NCBI GenBank assembly: GCA_021372865.1
Contig: JAJFTO010000009.1
Coordinates: 22,998 to 86,997 of the forward strand
Source: Porphyromonadaceae bacterium
Lineage (GTDB): Bacteria; Bacteroidota; Bacteroidia; Bacteroidales; Dysgonomonadaceae
DNA: 64,000 nucleotides
Reading direction: 5' to 3'
Shown piece after piece: positions 61,776 to 64,000 of this stretch. The stretch's first letter is position 1, and each line of letters opens with the position of its first letter. The notes beneath the pieces were generated by a model, which searched no databases, was not told the origin of the DNA, and was given only the letters and a program-made list of their open reading frames with translations. The position numbers and the translations under genes are program-made.

Positions 61776-62393
61776 TTATTTCTCTATTGCTACGATTGAA
61801 CCTTTACTTCCCGGGATAGAACCTTTTATGAGCAAAAGGTTGTGTTCCGGAATCACCTTAATAATCTGGAGGTTTTGTACGGTAACCCGTGCATTCCCCA
61901 TCTGTCCCGCCATGCGGGTACCCTTGAATACTTTCGCGGGATAGGAACAGGCACCAATAGACCCTGGGGCACGCAGCCTGTTGTGCTGTCCGTGTGTGGC
62001 CTGTCCCACACCAGCAAAACCATGACGTTTTACAACGCCCTGAAAACCTTTTCCTTTCGATGTGCCGATGACATCTACATAAATGGTGTCATTGAAAAGA
62101 TCAACAGTGATCTCCGAACCTGGCTTGTAGCCATTTCCGAATCCTTTGAACTCGGCCAAGTGCCTCCTGGGGGTTACGCCGGCTTTCTTGAAGTGACCTT
62201 TTTCAGGGTTCGGGGTATGCTTGTCTTTCTTTTCGACAAACCCGAGCTGAATCGCGTCGTAACCGTCGTTGTCGACGGTCTTCACCTGAGTAACCACGCA
62301 AGGACCTGCTTCGATAACAGTGCATGGAATGTTCTTTCCCTCGGCACTGAAAACGGATGTCATTCCGATTTTTTTTCCTAATAATCCTGGCAT
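61776..62393 (-). CDS. rplC: 50S ribosomal protein L3
   Basis: [18 protein letters not shown]. Confidence 0.98.
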   Translation of the reverse strand: MPGLLGKKIGMTSVFSAEGKNIPCTVIEAGPCVVTQVKTVDNDGYDAIQLGFVEKKDKHTPNPEKGHFKKAGVTPRRHLAEFKGFGNGYKPGSEITVDLFNDTIYVDVIGTSKGKGFQGVVKRHGFAGVGQATHGQHNRLRAPGSIGACSYPAKVFKGTRMAGQMGNARVTVQNLQIIKVIPEHNLLLIKGSIPGSKGSIVAIEK

Positions 62394-62416
62394 TTCTCTG
62401 TTGTTTAAAAAAATTA

Positions 62417-62722
62417 TTACACTTTAATTTCCACTTCCACACCGCTGGGCAGTTCAAGCTTCATCAGCGCATCCACGGTTTTGGCTGTGGAGCTGTAAAT
62501 GTCGATGAGACGCTTGAAAGAGGCCAACTCGAACTGTTCGCGTGATTTCTTGTTCACGAACGTCGAACGGTTCACAGTAAAAATACGCTTGTGCGTGGGA
62601 AGGGGTATTGGACCGCTGACCACTGCACCCGTAGCTTTTACGGTTTTCACGATTTTCTCGGCCGATTTGTCGACGAGGCTGTAATCGTAAGATTTCAGTT
62701 TGATTCTGATTTTTTGGCTCAT
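62417..62722 (-). CDS. rpsJ: 30S ribosomal protein S10
   Basis: [16 protein letters not shown]. Confidence 0.98.
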   Translation of the reverse strand: MSQKIRIKLKSYDYSLVDKSAEKIVKTVKATGAVVSGPIPLPTHKRIFTVNRSTFVNKKSREQFELASFKRLIDIYSSTAKTVDALMKLELPSGVEVEIKV

Positions 62723-62734
62723 ATATCTGTTATA

Positions 62735-64000
62735 TTATTTGATCAAATCTACACGTCCCTTCACCTCTGTCAGTACCTGACGGGCGATGGAAGAAGAAAC
62801 CTCTTCAAAATGAGAGAACGACATGGTCGATGTGGCGCGTCCCGAAGTGATGGTACGCAACGAAGTCACATAACCAAACATCTCTGCGAGCGGTGTCTTG
62901 GCCTTCACTACGCGCGCACCGGAACGGTTCGATTCCATTCCTTCAATCTGTCCGCGCCGTTTGTTCAGGTCGGAAATCACATCACCCATACTTTCTTCGG
63001 GTGTCACCACTTCCACCTTCATGATCGGCTCCATCAATACGGGACCGGCCTTTTCGGCAGCATTCTTGAACGCCTGCATGGCACATATTTCAAACGACAA
63101 CTGGTCCGAATCCACCGGATGGTAAGAACCGTCAATCACCGTCACCTTCAGCTTATCGAGGGCATATCCTGCCAACACACCATTTTTCATCGCACGTTGA
63201 AATCCTTTCTGGATGGAAGGGATAAATTCCTTCGGAATGTTACCACCCTTCACCTCGTCCACGAACTGCAGTCCGCTTTCGAAATCGGCATCGGCAGGTT
63301 CCACACGTACAATGATGTCGGCAAACTTACCACGGCCACCCGATTGTTTCTTGTACACCTCACGCAGCTCCACCGGCTTGGTGATTGCTTCCTTGTAAGA
63401 AACCTGGGGGCGTCCCTGGTTGGCCTCTACCTTAAACTCACGTTTCAGACGATCGATGATGATCTCCAGGTGAAGCTCACCCATACCCGAAATTACCGTC
63501 TGTCCCGTTTCTTCGTCGGTCTTCACGGTGAACGTAGGATCTTCCTCAGCCAGTTTGGCCAGTCCGTTGGAGAGTTTATCCAGATCCTTCTGGGTCTTGG
63601 GCTCCACGGCAATGCCGATCACCGGATCGGGGAAGTCGATTGCTTCCAGTATGATGGGGCGATTCTCATCACACAGGGTGTCTCCTGTGCGGATATCCTT
63701 GAATCCCACACCTGCGCCGATATCACCCGTACCGATAAATTCTTTCGGGTTCTGCTTGTTGGAGTGCATCTGGAAGAGACGTGAAATACGTTCCTTCTTT
63801 CCTGAGCGGGGATTAAACACGTAGGATCCTGCTTCAATCTCACCCGAGTACACACGGAAGAAACACAAACGTCCCACATAAGGGTCGGTGGCAATCTTGA
63901 ACGCCAGGGCGCTCATCGGTTCTTCGGGATCGGGATGGCGCAACAGCACCTTCTCGGAGTCATCGGGGTCGGTACCGGAGATTGCCTCCGTATCGAGAGG
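62735..64000 (-). CDS. fusA: Elongation factor G, 5' part outside the window
   Basis: [34 protein letters not shown]. Confidence 0.97.
   Translation of the reverse strand, partial: PLDTEAISGTDPDDSEKVLLRHPDPEEPMSALAFKIATDPYVGRLCFFRVYSGEIEAGSYVFNPRSGKKERISRLFQMHSNKQNPKEFIGTGDIGAGVGFKDIRTGDTLCDENRPIILEAIDFPDPVIGIAVEPKTQKDLDKLSNGLAKLAEEDPTFTVKTDEETGQTVISGMGELHLEIIIDRLKREFKVEANQGRPQVSYKEAITKPVELREVYKKQSGGRGKFADIIVRVEPADADFESGLQFVDEVKGGNIPKEFIPSIQKGFQRAMKNGVLAGYALDKLKVTVIDGSYHPVDSDQLSFEICAMQAFKNAAEKAGPVLMEPIMKVEVVTPEESMGDVISDLNKRRGQIEGMESNRSGARVVKAKTPLAEMFGYVTSLRTITSGRATSTMSFSHFEEVSSSIARQVLTEVKGRVDLIK

Noticed and set aside
62591-63784. 397-aa plus-strand ORF
   Set aside because: Antisense shadow of fusA and rpsJ.
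62417-64000. fusA directly followed by rpsJ with no tuf; also no adk after secY
   Set aside because: This is the ordinary Bacteroidetes arrangement.

Overview
Chromosomal window from a Bacteroidales bacterium; gene content and order resemble Dysgonomonadaceae/Proteiniphilum-like genomes (inference). It is mostly housekeeping. In order: the 3' end of a heavy-metal RND efflux locus, a pdhA-pdhB-pdhC cluster without E3, two L,D-transpeptidases, an unusual hydrolase-upxY-umuD-umuC run, rlmN-DUF4837-pdxA, a 12-kb leuA-leuC-leuD-cimA-leuB-ilvD-ilvB-ilvN-ilvC superoperon, pabB-pabC, nqrA-F, ndh, and the S10-spc-alpha ribosomal cluster up to a partial fusA. I found no rRNA, tRNA, CRISPR array or transposase. 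The notable unexplained signals are non-coding or unannotated. (1) A dispersed repeat family with a ~33-bp core plus in-register (nCTGAnn)n heptamer tail occurs in 7 copies, always in mRNA orientation right after stop codons, including inside the ribosomal operon. (2) An 11-mer-flanked relic between nqrE and nqrD looks like the two ends of an internally deleted small gene. (3) An unannotated Ile/Leu/Val-rich leader peptide and attenuator precede the whole leu-ilv superoperon. (4) An orphan UpxY antiterminator is co-oriented with umuDC. (5) Two pseudogenes keep 5' and 3' parts but lost an internal segment. All family assignments are by eye and need HMM confirmation.
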